Below are positions 1 through 10,289 of a DNA stretch of 64,000 nt, one piece after another. Every line of letters begins with the position of its first letter. The stretch's first letter is position 1. This DNA is from an uncultured Pseudomonadota bacterium. Its GTDB lineage: Bacteria; Pseudomonadota; Alphaproteobacteria; Acetobacterales; Acetobacteraceae. The notes under the pieces were generated by a model that was given only the letters and a program-made list of their open reading frames with translations, had not been told where the DNA came from and did not search any database. Both the position numbers and the translations under genes were made by a program. The stretch is taken from the NCBI GenBank assembly GCA_963708095.1, contig OY970182.1, positions 2,355,345 through 2,419,344 on the forward strand, given 5' to 3'.

Positions 1-8
1 CTCCGCCA

Positions 9-323
9 TCAGCGCTTCGCCGCGCCCTTTTCCCACGGCGCCTTACGGCGGAGGGATGTCACCATCTCCGGCACCGGTGTGGCGGGGGCGGAGACGGCTT
101 GGACGAACGCCTCGAAGCCCTCGGGGGTCATGCGCAGCAGCGTGCTTTCCATGAGAACCTCCTCGGCGGCCCGTACCGCTGCGTCCCGCACGAAGTCGGT
201 CCGCGACCGGCCGCGCAGGTCGGCGGCACGGTCGATGATGGCGATGTCGCCTTCCGGGAGGCGCATCGAGAGCGGATAGTCTTTGCGTTTGGCTGCGCCG
301 GTCATGGTGGTCCCCTTCGGCAT
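9..323 (-). CDS. DUF1778/TacA-like ribbon-helix-helix antitoxin; the partner GNAT toxin would lie beyond the left edge
   Basis: 104-aa ORF. The segment LSMRLPEGDIAIIDRAADLRGRSRTDFVRDAAVRAAEEVL is typical of DUF1778 antitoxins. Alternative start at 305. Confidence 0.65.
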   Translation of the reverse strand: MPKGTTMTGAAKRKDYPLSMRLPEGDIAIIDRAADLRGRSRTDFVRDAAVRAAEEVLMESTLLRMTPEGFEAFVQAVSAPATPVPEMVTSLRRKAPWEKGAAKR

Positions 324-394
324 GGCGCGAATTTAGGAGATCGTAGCGCGTTCTGCAATACGTAACGCGCTGCTGCGCGCTGTCCCAGCCGCGG

Positions 395-712
395 TCACTC
401 CGACCCGGCGATGGCTGGCTGATCTCCCTCGCGTTCCCGGCTGGACGGCGACTGTTCTGGATGTGGCGGCGGCTTGTGTGGCACGGCCGGTGGCGCCTTG
501 TGCAGAGGGGGCCGAAACGCCCGGTCCGTGGTGATGAACCGCTCGACGATGATCGGCACCAGCTTCTCGACGGGTGGCGCCTCGGACAGGCCGTCCTGCG
601 CCGCGATGGCGGCGGCGTAGTCGCGGATCAGCGCGTCCAGCGCCGCGGTGAACGTGATGGTGCGCTTGACGGGCCGGTCGTCCGGCAGCGGGCCGATGCG
701 GAGTTTCGCCAT
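395..712 (-). CDS. DUF2274-like small protein that terminates Trb operons
   Basis: MAKLRIGPLPDDRPVKRTITF... starts 11 nt after the trbI stop and is preceded by GAGG. This position after trbI is typical of this ICE family. Confidence 0.65.
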   Translation of the reverse strand: MAKLRIGPLPDDRPVKRTITFTAALDALIRDYAAAIAAQDGLSEAPPVEKLVPIIVERFITTDRAFRPPLHKAPPAVPHKPPPHPEQSPSSREREGDQPAIAGSE

Positions 713-723
713 CCTCGCTCTCC

Positions 724-1983
724 TCACCCGCCCCCATAGGGCCGCAGCACGATATCGCGGTTGACCGTGACGTCGAGCGGGAAGCCCGGGCGCACGGTCA
801 GGGTCGGCTGAACGCCAAGATCCCGGGAGACGATCGACTCCCCGGCCTGGTTGGCGGCCTGGTCGGCGCTCTGGCCGAGGGCAATGATCACGTTGCCCGT
901 CCCAGTACCGCCGACCACGTTGTTGGTTGCGAGCGCGCTGGAGACGCCGAGCAGCGAGGACAGCGCGACGCCGCGCAGCAACCGCCAGAAATGATAATCG
1001 ACGCCGTCCTCAAGCCCGGCATAACCCTGGGTGTCGGCACCGGGCAGGTTGTCGAGCACGACCGAGCTACCATCGGGCATTATCAGCCGCGTCCAGATCA
1101 GCAGCACCCGTGACTGGCCGTAGGCGACGACGCTGTCGTATTTGCCGATCAGCTTCGCACCCTGGGGAACCAACAGATGACGGCCGGAGACGCTGTCATA
1201 GACGTCCTGGGTCACCTGGGCGATCACCTGCCCCGGCAGGTCGGAGTTCAGCCCGGTGATCAACGCGGCGGGAATCACGGTGCCGGCCATCAGCTCGTAG
1301 GGGCTGAGCGGCGTCTGCAGCCGGTCGGGCGAATAGATCGCGCGATCGACCGGACTGTTCAGGAACGCCTGCTTGGCGTCCTGCTGGTTCTGGTCGCCAT
1401 GCGGCCCTGCAAGAGCGCCGTTACCGCCCGCAGGTCCGGGAGTCGGCGGGCTGGCCGGAACGGCGCCTGACGCGGGGCCGGCTGCACCGTTGGTGCCGCC
1501 GGTGTTCGCAGCCACGGTGAAGAACACCCCCGCATCGGCGGCCCGCGCCCGCAGCCGCGCGGCGGCCTGGTCCCCACTGTTTGGTGGCGCCGCGAAGGCG
1601 GTGGGCGCCCCTTGCCCCAACATCGGCCGGCCGAGGTCACCCGGCAGTGGCGGCCCGAGCCGGGGCACTGCTCGCGGTGGGGCTGGCGGCGGCTTTGGCT
1701 TGGTGAGGCTGGCATAGCCGTTCGGGAGTGCACCGATCGCATCCGCCGAGGGCCGGACATCCGTGTTGTAGAGCTCCTTGCCGGTGGTGATCCGAAAGCT
1801 GTGCAGCGCGAACGCCCACCACACCGCCCCCACCACGCAGACCGCGATGCCGCCAGCTGCCACGATCAGCGCCCGACGCGAGAGGCGCGTCACTGCACGG
1901 GGACGCGCCCGCAGCGCGAAGTCGGCCGGGTCAGCCTTGGGTGCCGGTCGCTGCCCAGGCTCCGCATCATCAGGACCCGCCAT
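724..1983 (-). CDS. trbI: Conjugal transfer protein TrbI (VirB10-like)
   Basis: 419 aa with an N-terminal TM segment, a Pro-rich linker and a conserved C-terminal domain (VIPAALITGLNSDLPGQVIAQVTQDVYDS...RLIMPDGS). TGATG overlap with trbG. Confidence 0.9.
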   Translation of the reverse strand: MAGPDDAEPGQRPAPKADPADFALRARPRAVTRLSRRALIVAAGGIAVCVVGAVWWAFALHSFRITTGKELYNTDVRPSADAIGALPNGYASLTKPKPPPAPPRAVPRLGPPLPGDLGRPMLGQGAPTAFAAPPNSGDQAAARLRARAADAGVFFTVAANTGGTNGAAGPASGAVPASPPTPGPAGGNGALAGPHGDQNQQDAKQAFLNSPVDRAIYSPDRLQTPLSPYELMAGTVIPAALITGLNSDLPGQVIAQVTQDVYDSVSGRHLLVPQGAKLIGKYDSVVAYGQSRVLLIWTRLIMPDGSSVVLDNLPGADTQGYAGLEDGVDYHFWRLLRGVALSSLLGVSSALATNNVVGGTGTGNVIIALGQSADQAANQAGESIVSRDLGVQPTLTVRPGFPLDVTVNRDIVLRPYGGG

Positions 1984-2963
1984 CAGCCGTGCCCATCGGT
2001 CCGCGTGATGCGCACGACCTGCTGCGGCCCGGCGCCGAGGCGGAGTTCGGCGGCGGCAAACAGCCGATCGACGATCATGGTGTTGCCCCGCACGCGGTAA
2101 TTGACGATCTCCGCCTTGCCGGGCGGCGCGCCGAGAATGAACAGCGGCGGCATGTCGCCCTGAGCGATCCCCGGCGGGAATTGGACGTAAACCTTCGAGC
2201 CGTCATCGAAGACCTGCACCGGCCGCCAGGGTGGATCATCGCCGCTGATCCGATACCGGAAATGCAGCGCCGCGATGTTCACATCGTTCGCCGCCACGGC
2301 GTTCGCGTAATCCGTCGCCGCGGCGTTCTGCGTCCGCAGCGCCAGCAGATCGTCCTGCGGGTAGTTCCAGGACACCGCGGCCATGTAGGTGTCCTTGGTC
2401 GGGTGCACCTCGAGATGATAGGCGCGCCGGTCGGTCATGATGACGATGTTGTTCATCGGCAGATCGGCCGAAATCGGCTTGATCAGGACGTGCACCTGCT
2501 GATCGGCCCCCGCGCCGCTGGTGGTGTTGCCGATCTTCCACTGCACGGTGTCGCCGGCGGCGATTGAGATCAGATGCTCGCCCGGTTGGAGCGCGATATC
2601 GGTCACGTGCAGTGGCGAGGCGTAGATCTCGTAAAGCGCCCCGGCGGACCAGGGGAATACCTGCATGGCGTTGATGTAGCCGTCGCGCGTCGGGTTGATG
2701 CGCGCCGCGGCGTTGGCCAGGGCCACGCGCGCGATGGGGTTGGCGGGCTGCGGTGATGGTCGACCCGCCGAGGCTGGCGGCAGCTTCTTGAGCTGCCCCG
2801 GCAACGGCAGTGGCTCGGGCAAGGTCACAACCTGAACCGGAGCCGGAGGCGATGGCACGAGATGCGCAGGCTGAGGCGTGTCGTAGGCGATCTTCGGCAC
2901 CGGCTGGGCGCAGGCCGAAAGCACCAATGCACCGCCACACGCGAGGAGGAACGAGAATCTCAT
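1983..2963 (-). CDS. trbG: Conjugal transfer protein TrbG (VirB9-like)
   Basis: 326 aa with a lipoprotein-like signal (LLACGGALVLSAC). VirB9/CagX-like body. ATGA overlap with trbF. Confidence 0.9.
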   Translation of the reverse strand: MRFSFLLACGGALVLSACAQPVPKIAYDTPQPAHLVPSPPAPVQVVTLPEPLPLPGQLKKLPPASAGRPSPQPANPIARVALANAAARINPTRDGYINAMQVFPWSAGALYEIYASPLHVTDIALQPGEHLISIAAGDTVQWKIGNTTSGAGADQQVHVLIKPISADLPMNNIVIMTDRRAYHLEVHPTKDTYMAAVSWNYPQDDLLALRTQNAAATDYANAVAANDVNIAALHFRYRISGDDPPWRPVQVFDDGSKVYVQFPPGIAQGDMPPLFILGAPPGKAEIVNYRVRGNTMIVDRLFAAAELRLGAGPQQVVRITRTDGHG

Positions 2964-3670
2964 GGGGTCGATCCTTCGGTCTGGGTGGTGTTCACCTCGC
3001 GCGCCCAGCTGATCGCATCGATGTAGATGCCGAGCGGGTTCTGCCGCAGCGCCACCTCGGTGTGCGGGGTCTGGATCACCACGGTCAGGATCGCGGTCCA
3101 GTGCTCGGGCGGCAGGGCGGTGCCGTCCTGGAACGGATGCTCGACCCAGGCGACGCGAAAGGAATTCGGGCTGGCGCGGACGACGCTGGTGACATCGACG
3201 GTGACCGCACGCTTACCGATCTGTCCGAACGGATCAGCCTGGCGAGCGTAGGCGTCGAGCAGCGGCTTGGCGTGGCTGGTGATCTGCGCATAGGCGTCGA
3301 GCCAGGCTTGGCGGACGACAACGGGATCGACCGAGAGGCCGCGCACACGCTCGATGAACTGGGCGAGGAAGTAGGCAATCTCGGTGTCGGTCGGCTGTAC
3401 CTCCACGCGCGCCGGGGCAACCGCCTGAACCGCGCCGAGATGATCGACCTCGACCACGAACGGGGTGACCATGGCGCGGGAATGCATGCGGATGTCATCG
3501 GCGGTGACCACCGCGGCGAGCGCCAGGCAGCCGAACGCCATCAGGCGCCAGTTCGCGGCCTGCACGCGGGCGGACCCGATCCTCTGGTCCCACAGTTGGC
3601 CCGCGCGCTGATAGGGCGTGGCCGGCGTCTCGGTATCGCCGAGACGGGAGGAGAAGCGGCGCCACCTCAT
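2960..3670 (-). CDS. trbF: Conjugal transfer protein TrbF (VirB8-like)
   Basis: 236 aa with a single TM segment and a VirB8-like periplasmic domain. Start and stop codons overlap both neighbouring genes. Confidence 0.9.
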   Translation of the reverse strand: MRWRRFSSRLGDTETPATPYQRAGQLWDQRIGSARVQAANWRLMAFGCLALAAVVTADDIRMHSRAMVTPFVVEVDHLGAVQAVAPARVEVQPTDTEIAYFLAQFIERVRGLSVDPVVVRQAWLDAYAQITSHAKPLLDAYARQADPFGQIGKRAVTVDVTSVVRASPNSFRVAWVEHPFQDGTALPPEHWTAILTVVIQTPHTEVALRQNPLGIYIDAISWAREVNTTQTEGSTP

Positions 3671-4965
3671 GTTCCGTCCCCGCGCAAATTGGGCCGCATG
3701 CCGCCGGCACGGCCTTCGGCTTCATGGAGGATGTTCTGCGCGGCCCGGGAGACGGTTTGCCGCCGCAGGCGCTGGGCCCAGGCCGGCGCACCGCTGGGCG
3801 CCGTTGAGGTCTGGGACGCGCCGGCAGCATCTCCGCCCGATCCGCCGGTTGCCGACCAGGCGGCGCGTTGGCCGGCGGCGAAGCGGTCGCGCAGCGCGGT
3901 GGGGGCGCTCTGGGCCGCGCCGCGCAGGCCGCTGGTGGCAGCACCGGCCGCCCCGCGGGCGACACCGGCCAGGCCAGCAGAAACCGATCCGCCGCCGGTG
4001 GCGCTGCCGAGCGTGTAGGCACCGCTGGCACCGCCGGCGAGCGAGGCTGCGGCACCAACCCCTCCCGCCACGGCGCGGGCGGCTGCCACCCCTCCCATCC
4101 CGGCCAGGGCCGCGGCACCGGCGACAGCGCCGCCCGCCGCGGCGGCGCTGCCAAGGCCCAGTTGTGGCGCGCCAGAGGTGATGCCGGCGGCGAGCCGGTT
4201 CGCCGAGAAGGCCAGCCCGGCGATGGTCATCGAGGCGAGCAGAATGGTGAGCGCGTCCTGGAGCGAGAGTTCGGTGGCCGGGTTGCTCGGCAGGATCTGG
4301 CCGAAGAGTTGGGTGCCGATGCCGGTGATCACGGCAAAGACCAGAATGCGCACGCCGGAGGTGACGATCTGGCCGAGCACCGGTTCGGCGATGAAGGCGG
4401 TCCCGCGCCAGAGCGCGAAGGGGACGAGGATGAAGCCCTTCAGCGTGGTCAGCTTGAATTCGATGATCGCCAGGAACAGCAGGATCGCGAGCACGAAGAA
4501 GCCGAGCAGAGTGACGATCCAGGACAGACCCATGACCAGGATCTGGCCGAGGTTCCAGAAGAAGTCTGGAAACCCGGCGAGACGCTGGATCTGCGTGAGC
4601 AGGACGTTCGCTCCCTGGACGCCTGCCTGGGCGAGCATTCCTGGTCGCAAAAAGTCCGCATAAGAAAGCGTTGAGCCGGTTGCCTTCAGACCAAGCGCCG
4701 CAAAGCTGTTGAAGATGAGCCCGGCAAGGGTGTTCCAGTTATTCAGTATGAATGCGAAGAAGCCCACATACAGGACCTTTTTCGCTAGAGACTGAATCGC
4801 GTCATCCTCGCCAAGCGCCCATGCAAGGCCAGCGAGCGTTGCATCGATCCCAATCAGGACGGCAACCAAGAAACCAACGTCGGGCGAGATCAATCCAAAG
4901 CCGCTATCGATGTAGCGGCTGAAGATGTCGAGGAAATGGTCGATGATCGAGGTGTTGCTACCCAT
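3667..4965 (-). CDS. trbL: Conjugal transfer protein TrbL (VirB6-like)
   Basis: 432 aa, polytopic membrane protein with a Gly/Ala-rich C-terminal tail. Operon position matches trbL. Confidence 0.9.
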   Translation of the reverse strand: MGSNTSIIDHFLDIFSRYIDSGFGLISPDVGFLVAVLIGIDATLAGLAWALGEDDAIQSLAKKVLYVGFFAFILNNWNTLAGLIFNSFAALGLKATGSTLSYADFLRPGMLAQAGVQGANVLLTQIQRLAGFPDFFWNLGQILVMGLSWIVTLLGFFVLAILLFLAIIEFKLTTLKGFILVPFALWRGTAFIAEPVLGQIVTSGVRILVFAVITGIGTQLFGQILPSNPATELSLQDALTILLASMTIAGLAFSANRLAAGITSGAPQLGLGSAAAAGGAVAGAAALAGMGGVAAARAVAGGVGAAASLAGGASGAYTLGSATGGGSVSAGLAGVARGAAGAATSGLRGAAQSAPTALRDRFAAGQRAAWSATGGSGGDAAGASQTSTAPSGAPAWAQRLRRQTVSRAAQNILHEAEGRAGGMRPNLRGDGT

Positions 4966-5266
4966 TGGGCGGTTTCACCGGTGATGGTTTGGGAGGATGC
5001 AGGTCCGGAAACGGTGCATTGGGATAAACCTGTGGCCTGCTCGGCGTGTACGTGACCCCACTCCCGAAGAACCGCTTGTTCTCTGCCTGCCACGCCGTTT
5101 GGCATCGCGCATCGTCATTTGCCGCCATGCCGAGATGCTTGCAGCGGTCCATCTCGGCGTTGAGCAGTGTTGGGTTGGCGACGAGTTGGTCGATCGTCGG
5201 TGCTGCGGACCAAGCCGGTGTTGCGATGCTGAAGATGCCGATGGTGAGCAGAGTTTTGGTATTCAT
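4958..5266 (-). CDS. trbK: TrbK-alt-like entry-exclusion protein
   Basis: 102 aa with a signal peptide. The motif C..LG....D..C...W....RF.G (RCKHLGMAANDDARCQTAWQAENKRFFG) is present. Located between trbJ and trbL. Confidence 0.55.
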   Translation of the reverse strand: MNTKTLLTIGIFSIATPAWSAAPTIDQLVANPTLLNAEMDRCKHLGMAANDDARCQTAWQAENKRFFGSGVTYTPSRPQVYPNAPFPDLHPPKPSPVKPPNG

Positions 5267-6045
5267 GGTGCAGGTCCTCCGAACACGTTGACCGGGGTCG
5301 GAGTATAGCTCACGCCGTTGCCGTAGAAGCGCTGCCAGTTCGCCTCCGCAGCCGACCGAACCTCCGCGTTCTGCATCGCATTGGCGGCCTGCGCGCGGGC
5401 ATCAGCGGCGATCAGATCCTGCGTCGCGGACAGTTGCCGCGCTTGCAGCGCCAGAAGCTGATTGCTCGCCTGGATCGCCTGCAACGCGCCAACCGCGCCC
5501 TGGCTCTGGCCAACGAGCACGGACAGATCGGCCTGATCCTCGGGGATCGAAGCGACGATCTGGCTCTGCACCTGCATGGTGTGCTGAAACGTGTTGACCG
5601 ATGCCTGCCAGCGCGCGTTGGCGTCCGCCAGCAGGCCGGCCTGTGTGACATTTCCTTGAAAGTTTGCGGACTGGTAGTTCGGGTAGAGTTGCTGGAACTG
5701 AGCCTGGACCTGCTGCACGTTGTAGGCGAGGCTTTGCGCCTGCCCCATGAGCTGGTCGATCTGCCCCATGGAGGATTGCAGCTCGGCCAGCACCGAGAAC
5801 GGCAGCGTCGTCAGGTTCCGTGCCTGGTTCTCCAGCATGGCGATGCCCTGCTGGATCTGGGTGATCTGATTGTTCACCTCTTCCAAGGTGCGTGCCGCCG
5901 TCAGCACGTTCTGCGACAGGTTGGCGATGTCGATCACCGGCACTGTCGCACCGGCGGGCAGCACAGGCGCGATCGCCAGCAGCGCCGTCATTAGAGCGGT
6001 GCCGACCCCTCGTGTGCCAATGCGCTTGAACCACTCAGGGATCAT
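5263..6045 (-). CDS. trbJ: Conjugal transfer protein TrbJ (VirB5-like)
   Basis: Start taken at MIPEWFKRIG (ATGA overlap with the trbE stop at 6042-6045), not at the track start 6231. Signal peptide followed by a coiled-coil Gln-rich body. Confidence 0.85.
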   Translation of the reverse strand: MIPEWFKRIGTRGVGTALMTALLAIAPVLPAGATVPVIDIANLSQNVLTAARTLEEVNNQITQIQQGIAMLENQARNLTTLPFSVLAELQSSMGQIDQLMGQAQSLAYNVQQVQAQFQQLYPNYQSANFQGNVTQAGLLADANARWQASVNTFQHTMQVQSQIVASIPEDQADLSVLVGQSQGAVGALQAIQASNQLLALQARQLSATQDLIAADARAQAANAMQNAEVRSAAEANWQRFYGNGVSYTPTPVNVFGGPAP

Positions 6046-8687
6046 CTGATCGTCTCCGTCACAGGACGCATCGGCGTCGTGGACCAAGCGGCACCGTCTC
6101 CGAAGGGCAGCATGGGCTGCGCGGGATCGGGGCCGATATCGGCGACGGACGCAGCTTCGCCGATGACGGCAGGGTCGTCCGGGATACTCGTCGCGGTTGC
6201 TATTCCATGCGCGAACAGCGCCGCTGCCCAATCGAGCCCGCGCTCGCGCAGCCAGGCCGCCGGGAATGCGGCGAGCCCATGCCGTCCCAGAACGCGGTCG
6301 ATTGCGGCCAGATCTTCCGCCCGGCTCGCGCCACAGAAGGCGAGTGCGATCTCGCCGAGGCCGAGTTCGAACAGTCGGCAGCCGGCGGCGGACTGGAACC
6401 AGTAGTCCCGCTTCGGAACCGCGCGCGCGATCGTCTCGATCTGCCGGTCATTCAGGCCGAGGCGGGCGTAGGCGTCGCGGCTCTCCGGCTCGATCGCCCG
6501 CGCGTTCGGCAGGAAGATGCGGGAGAGGCAGCTCTCGATGACGGTCGGCGCGACCGGCGAACGGGTGATGTCAGCCAGGCTCTGGGTCGAGAAGAGGACG
6601 GAGGTGTTCTTCCGCCGCAAGGTCTTCAGCCACTCACGCAGCTTCGGCGCGAAGATCGGATCGTCGAGTGCGAACCACGCCTCATCCACGGCGATCAAGG
6701 TCGGGCGCCCGTCCAGCCCCGCCTCGATGCGGTGGAACAGGTAGGTCAGCACGGCGCGGGCGGCGTGTTTGGAGCCGAGCAGGTCCTCGGTCTCGAAGGC
6801 CAGCACGTCGGCGTCTCCGACGCTCTCCTGCTCGGCATCCAGCAGACGGCCGAACGGGCCGGCGATGGTGTACGGTTCGAGCGCCGCCTTCAGCCTGTTG
6901 GCTTGCAGCAGTGCGGTGAAACCCGACAGCGTGCGCTCGGGCACCGGTGCCGTGGCGAGCGAGCCGAGCGCTGACCAGATGGCGCCGCGGACCTCCGGCG
7001 TCAGCTCGATGCTCTCCTGGACCAGCAAGGTCGCAATCCATTCCGCCGCCCAGGCGCGCTCGGCGGGATCGTCGATCCGCGCCAGCGGCTGGAAGGCAAC
7101 GGCCTGCTGATGCTGGTACGAAACCTCGCTGCCGAGGGCGAGATCGTGAAATGCGCCGCCCATGCCGAGCGCCGTGGCCTTGGACGAACGACCCTTGTCG
7201 AAGATCACCACGCGCGCGCCAGGGTAGCGGCGGAACTGCAGGGCGATCAGCGCGAGCAGCACGCTCTTGCCCGCGCCGGTGGGCCCGACGATCAGCGTGT
7301 GGCCGACATCGCCCTGGTGCAGCACGAGGCGGAACGGCGTCGATCCCGCGGTGTGCGCGATCAGCAGTGGCGGGCCGTCGAGATGGGCGTTGCGCTCCGG
7401 CCCGGCCCAGACTGCAGAGAGCGGCAGCATGTGGACGAGGTTCAGCGACGAGACCAGCGGCTGGCGGATGTTGGCGTAGCACTGGCCGGGCAGGCTGGAG
7501 AGCCAGGCCTCGACCGCGTTCAGCGTCTCCTCGACCGCGACGAAGCCCTGGGCGCGCACCGCGCGGCCGACCAGCCGGACCTTCTCGATGACAGCGGCTT
7601 CGTCGGTATCCCAGACCGTCACCGTCGCGGTGAAATAGCCGAAGCTGACGGCGTCCGAGCCGAGCTCCTGCAACGCCGTGTCGGCGTCCACCGACTGGTT
7701 CTCGGCGTCGGAATCGACCAGCCGCGTCTCCTGCTGCCAGACCACCTCGCGCAGCAGGGCGGCGATGCCCTTGCGCTTGGCCCACCAGTGCCGGCGCTTC
7801 TTGCCGAGTTCCTTCTGCGCCTCCGCCTTCTCGAGCGGCAGCCAGCGCGCGACCCAGCGGTATTCGATGGGCAGCCGATTGAGTTCGTCCAGCAGCCCCG
7901 GCCAGGTGCGGTCCGGCAGGCCGCGCAGGGTGAGCGTGCGGAGATCGCAGCGCCCGAGCATCGGCGCGATGCCCGGGGTGAGGTCGCAGTCCGGCAGCAG
8001 CCCGTCGAGGTAGAACGGCACTTCGGGAACAGCGACCGGATGCCGCCCGTTGGTCGAGATCGTGAAGTGCAGATAGGCCAGCGTGCCGGCGTCATCGAGC
8101 CAGGCGCAGTCCGGCATGAGCGCGGCCAGCAGGTCCAGCACGCGATCGGTCTCGGCCGCAAAGGCGTCGAGGATGCCGCGCCAGTCGATGTCGCCAGGCT
8201 CGCCTGGTGCCCGCGCCCCGCTGTTCCGACCGTCATCACCCCGGTCATAAAGCAGCCGGTTGGCCCGTTCGGCGCGCTCGGGCGGCGCGAGGAAGCAGAA
8301 GGTCAGGAAATATCCGCTCTCGAAATGCGCACCCTCCTCTTGGAAGGCGTGCCGCCGCTCCTCGTCGATCAGCCAGGACACCGGATCGGGGAAGCGGCTC
8401 TCGGGATAGCCGGGCGCGGCGGAGCGCGCCGCCTCGACAAAGATCGCCCAGCCCTCGCCGAGGCGTTTGAGCGCGTTGTTGACCCGTGCGGCGACTGCGA
8501 TCAGCTCGGCCGGCGTGCTGGCATCGAGGTCCGGCCCGCGGAACCTTGCGGTGCGCTGGAGTGCACCGTCCTTGTTCAGCACGATCCCCGGGCCGACCAG
8601 CCCCGCCCATGGGAGGAAGTCGGCGAGTTCCCGGCGCCTGGTGCGATATTCCCGGAGGTCGAGCATGGCCGGCGGCTCCTCCGTCAC
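6042..8687 (-). CDS. trbE: Conjugal transfer ATPase TrbE (VirB4-like)
   Basis: 881 aa with Walker A IVGPTGAGKSVLL and Walker B LIAVDEAW. Confidence 0.95.
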   Translation of the reverse strand: MTEEPPAMLDLREYRTRRRELADFLPWAGLVGPGIVLNKDGALQRTARFRGPDLDASTPAELIAVAARVNNALKRLGEGWAIFVEAARSAAPGYPESRFPDPVSWLIDEERRHAFQEEGAHFESGYFLTFCFLAPPERAERANRLLYDRGDDGRNSGARAPGEPGDIDWRGILDAFAAETDRVLDLLAALMPDCAWLDDAGTLAYLHFTISTNGRHPVAVPEVPFYLDGLLPDCDLTPGIAPMLGRCDLRTLTLRGLPDRTWPGLLDELNRLPIEYRWVARWLPLEKAEAQKELGKKRRHWWAKRKGIAALLREVVWQQETRLVDSDAENQSVDADTALQELGSDAVSFGYFTATVTVWDTDEAAVIEKVRLVGRAVRAQGFVAVEETLNAVEAWLSSLPGQCYANIRQPLVSSLNLVHMLPLSAVWAGPERNAHLDGPPLLIAHTAGSTPFRLVLHQGDVGHTLIVGPTGAGKSVLLALIALQFRRYPGARVVIFDKGRSSKATALGMGGAFHDLALGSEVSYQHQQAVAFQPLARIDDPAERAWAAEWIATLLVQESIELTPEVRGAIWSALGSLATAPVPERTLSGFTALLQANRLKAALEPYTIAGPFGRLLDAEQESVGDADVLAFETEDLLGSKHAARAVLTYLFHRIEAGLDGRPTLIAVDEAWFALDDPIFAPKLREWLKTLRRKNTSVLFSTQSLADITRSPVAPTVIESCLSRIFLPNARAIEPESRDAYARLGLNDRQIETIARAVPKRDYWFQSAAGCRLFELGLGEIALAFCGASRAEDLAAIDRVLGRHGLAAFPAAWLRERGLDWAAALFAHGIATATSIPDDPAVIGEAASVADIGPDPAQPMLPFGDGAAWSTTPMRPVTETIR

Positions 8688-8956
8688 ACGTCCAGATGGC
8701 GCCGCGCGGCGCGCAGATGCCGTGCGAACACCGGCCCGAACTGCGGGTCCTGACGGGTCAGGAACAGTGCCGCGGCATGGCCGATCAGGTAGATCGCGAT
8801 TCCGGCGATCCAGAGCTGGAGGCCAAGCCCGATCGCGGCGGCAAGCGTGCCGAGGGCGATCGCCATGCCGCGCGGCACGCCGCCGAGCAGGATCGGCTCA
8901 GTCAGGCTGCGATGCAGCGGCACCGACCACCCGGGAATGTCCGCGGGACCCTTCAT
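8684..8956 (-). CDS. trbD: Conjugal transfer protein TrbD (VirB3-like)
   Basis: 90 aa from MKGPADIPGWSVPLHRSLTEPILLGGVPR. ATGA overlaps with trbC on one side and trbE on the other. Confidence 0.85.
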   Translation of the reverse strand: MKGPADIPGWSVPLHRSLTEPILLGGVPRGMAIALGTLAAAIGLGLQLWIAGIAIYLIGHAAALFLTRQDPQFGPVFARHLRAARRHLDV

Positions 8957-9285
8957 CCGACCAGCGCCCCACCGGAGAAGTTGAAGAAGGTCAGGAAGAA
9001 GCTCGCGGCGGCGAAGGCGATCGACAGGCCGAACACGATCTGGATCAGGCGGCGCATGCCGCCGGAGGTCTCGCCGAAGGCGAGGCCCAGGCCCGTGCCG
9101 ATGATGATCAGCACGGCGATGATCTTCGCGACCGGCCCCTGCACGGAATCGAGGATCTGCTGCAGCGGCTGCTCCCACGGCATGTTCGACCCTGCCGCGA
9201 AGGCGGAGCCCGGCCAGAGCAGCACCAGCGCAATGAGGGCGGCCGTGCACTGCTGCCCATGACGAAGGATGGTCTTCGGGTTCAC
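8953..9285 (-). CDS. trbC: Pilin precursor TrbC (VirB2-like)
   Basis: GTG start overlaps the trbB stop (GTGA at 9282-9285). Signal sequence plus two hydrophobic helices. Confidence 0.8.
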   Translation of the reverse strand: MNPKTILRHGQQCTAALIALVLLWPGSAFAAGSNMPWEQPLQQILDSVQGPVAKIIAVLIIIGTGLGLAFGETSGGMRRLIQIVFGLSIAFAAASFFLTFFNFSGGALVG

Positions 9286-10289
9286 GGATGGCTTCCGGGC
9301 TGGAGGGGAACGATGTTGGAGGGGCGCACGGCGCCGATCTCCGTCAGCACGTAGTCGCCGGCGGCCAGGACCTTGCCGACCTGCCACAGCCCGGCGAGAC
9401 GCCGTTGCCGACCGCGGCCATGCAGCACAGCGATCAGGTCGATGGTCTCGGCGATCAGCGGACGCGGCACGTTCACTACCGCCTCCTGGATCAGCTGTTC
9501 GAGACGGCGCAGCGCGCCGAGGGCTGAGCCGGCATGGATGGTCCCGATCCCGCCGGGATGGCCGGTGCCCCAGGCCTTCAGCAGGTCGAGCGCCTCGGCG
9601 CCGCGGACCTCGCCGATCGGGATGCGGTCGGGACGCAGCCGCAGGCTGGAGCGGACCAGATCGGCGAGCGAGCAGACGCCATCCTTGGTGCGCAGCGAAA
9701 CGAGGTTCGGGGCTTCGACCCGGAGTTCGCGCGTGTCCTCGATGACCACCACGCGATCGCCGGTCGCGGCGACTTCCTTGAGCAGCGCGTTGGCGAGTGT
9801 GGTCTTACCGGTCGAGGTGCCGCCGGCGACCAGGATGTTCCAGTGCTCAATGATCGCCGCCCGCAGCACGGCAGCCTGATCGGCGTGCATGATCCCGGTC
9901 TCGACGTAGTCGTCGAGCGAGAACACCGCGATGGCAGGTTTGCGGATGGCAAAAGTGGGGCCGGTCACCACCGGCGGCAACAGGCCTTCGAAGCGCTCGC
10001 CGGTCTCCGGTAGCTCCGCGGAGATGCGTGGATTATGGGCGTGCGCCTCGACGCCGACATGATGGGCGACCAGGCGGATGATGCGCTCGCCGTCCGCGGG
10101 CAGCATACGCAGCCCGGTATCGGCGAGGCCGGCGCCGAGGCGGTCCACCCAGAGCCGGCCGTCCGGGTTGAGCATTACCTCGACGATGTCGGGCTGTCCC
10201 AGCAGGGCCGCGATCGCCGGGCCGAGGGCGGTGCGCAGCATGCGCACCGAGCGGGCCAGCATCACACCGCTGCTGTCAGAGACCGGCAT
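9282..10289 (-). CDS. trbB: Conjugal transfer ATPase TrbB (VirB11-like)
   Basis: Walker [18 protein letters not shown] and the hexameric secretion ATPase motif [11 protein letters not shown]. Start chosen at MPVSDSS, which overlaps the end of the upstream RHH gene. Confidence 0.9.
   Translation of the reverse strand: MPVSDSSGVMLARSVRMLRTALGPAIAALLGQPDIVEVMLNPDGRLWVDRLGAGLADTGLRMLPADGERIIRLVAHHVGVEAHAHNPRISAELPETGERFEGLLPPVVTGPTFAIRKPAIAVFSLDDYVETGIMHADQAAVLRAAIIEHWNILVAGGTSTGKTTLANALLKEVAATGDRVVVIEDTRELRVEAPNLVSLRTKDGVCSLADLVRSSLRLRPDRIPIGEVRGAEALDLLKAWGTGHPGGIGTIHAGSALGALRRLEQLIQEAVVNVPRPLIAETIDLIAVLHGRGRQRRLAGLWQVGKVLAAGDYVLTEIGAVRPSNIVPLQPGSHP

Noticed and set aside
6682-7785. Long alternative-frame or antisense ORFs inside real genes. 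Examples: 6682-7785, 7110-8753, 35654-36952, 37791-39518, 44865-46034, 51039-52586, 51313-52710 and 57622-59742.
   Set aside because: The translations are Arg/Ala/Gly/Pro-rich, low-complexity sequences typical of off-frame reading in high-GC DNA. They overlap ORFs with clear catalytic motifs and lack plausible ribosome-binding sites.
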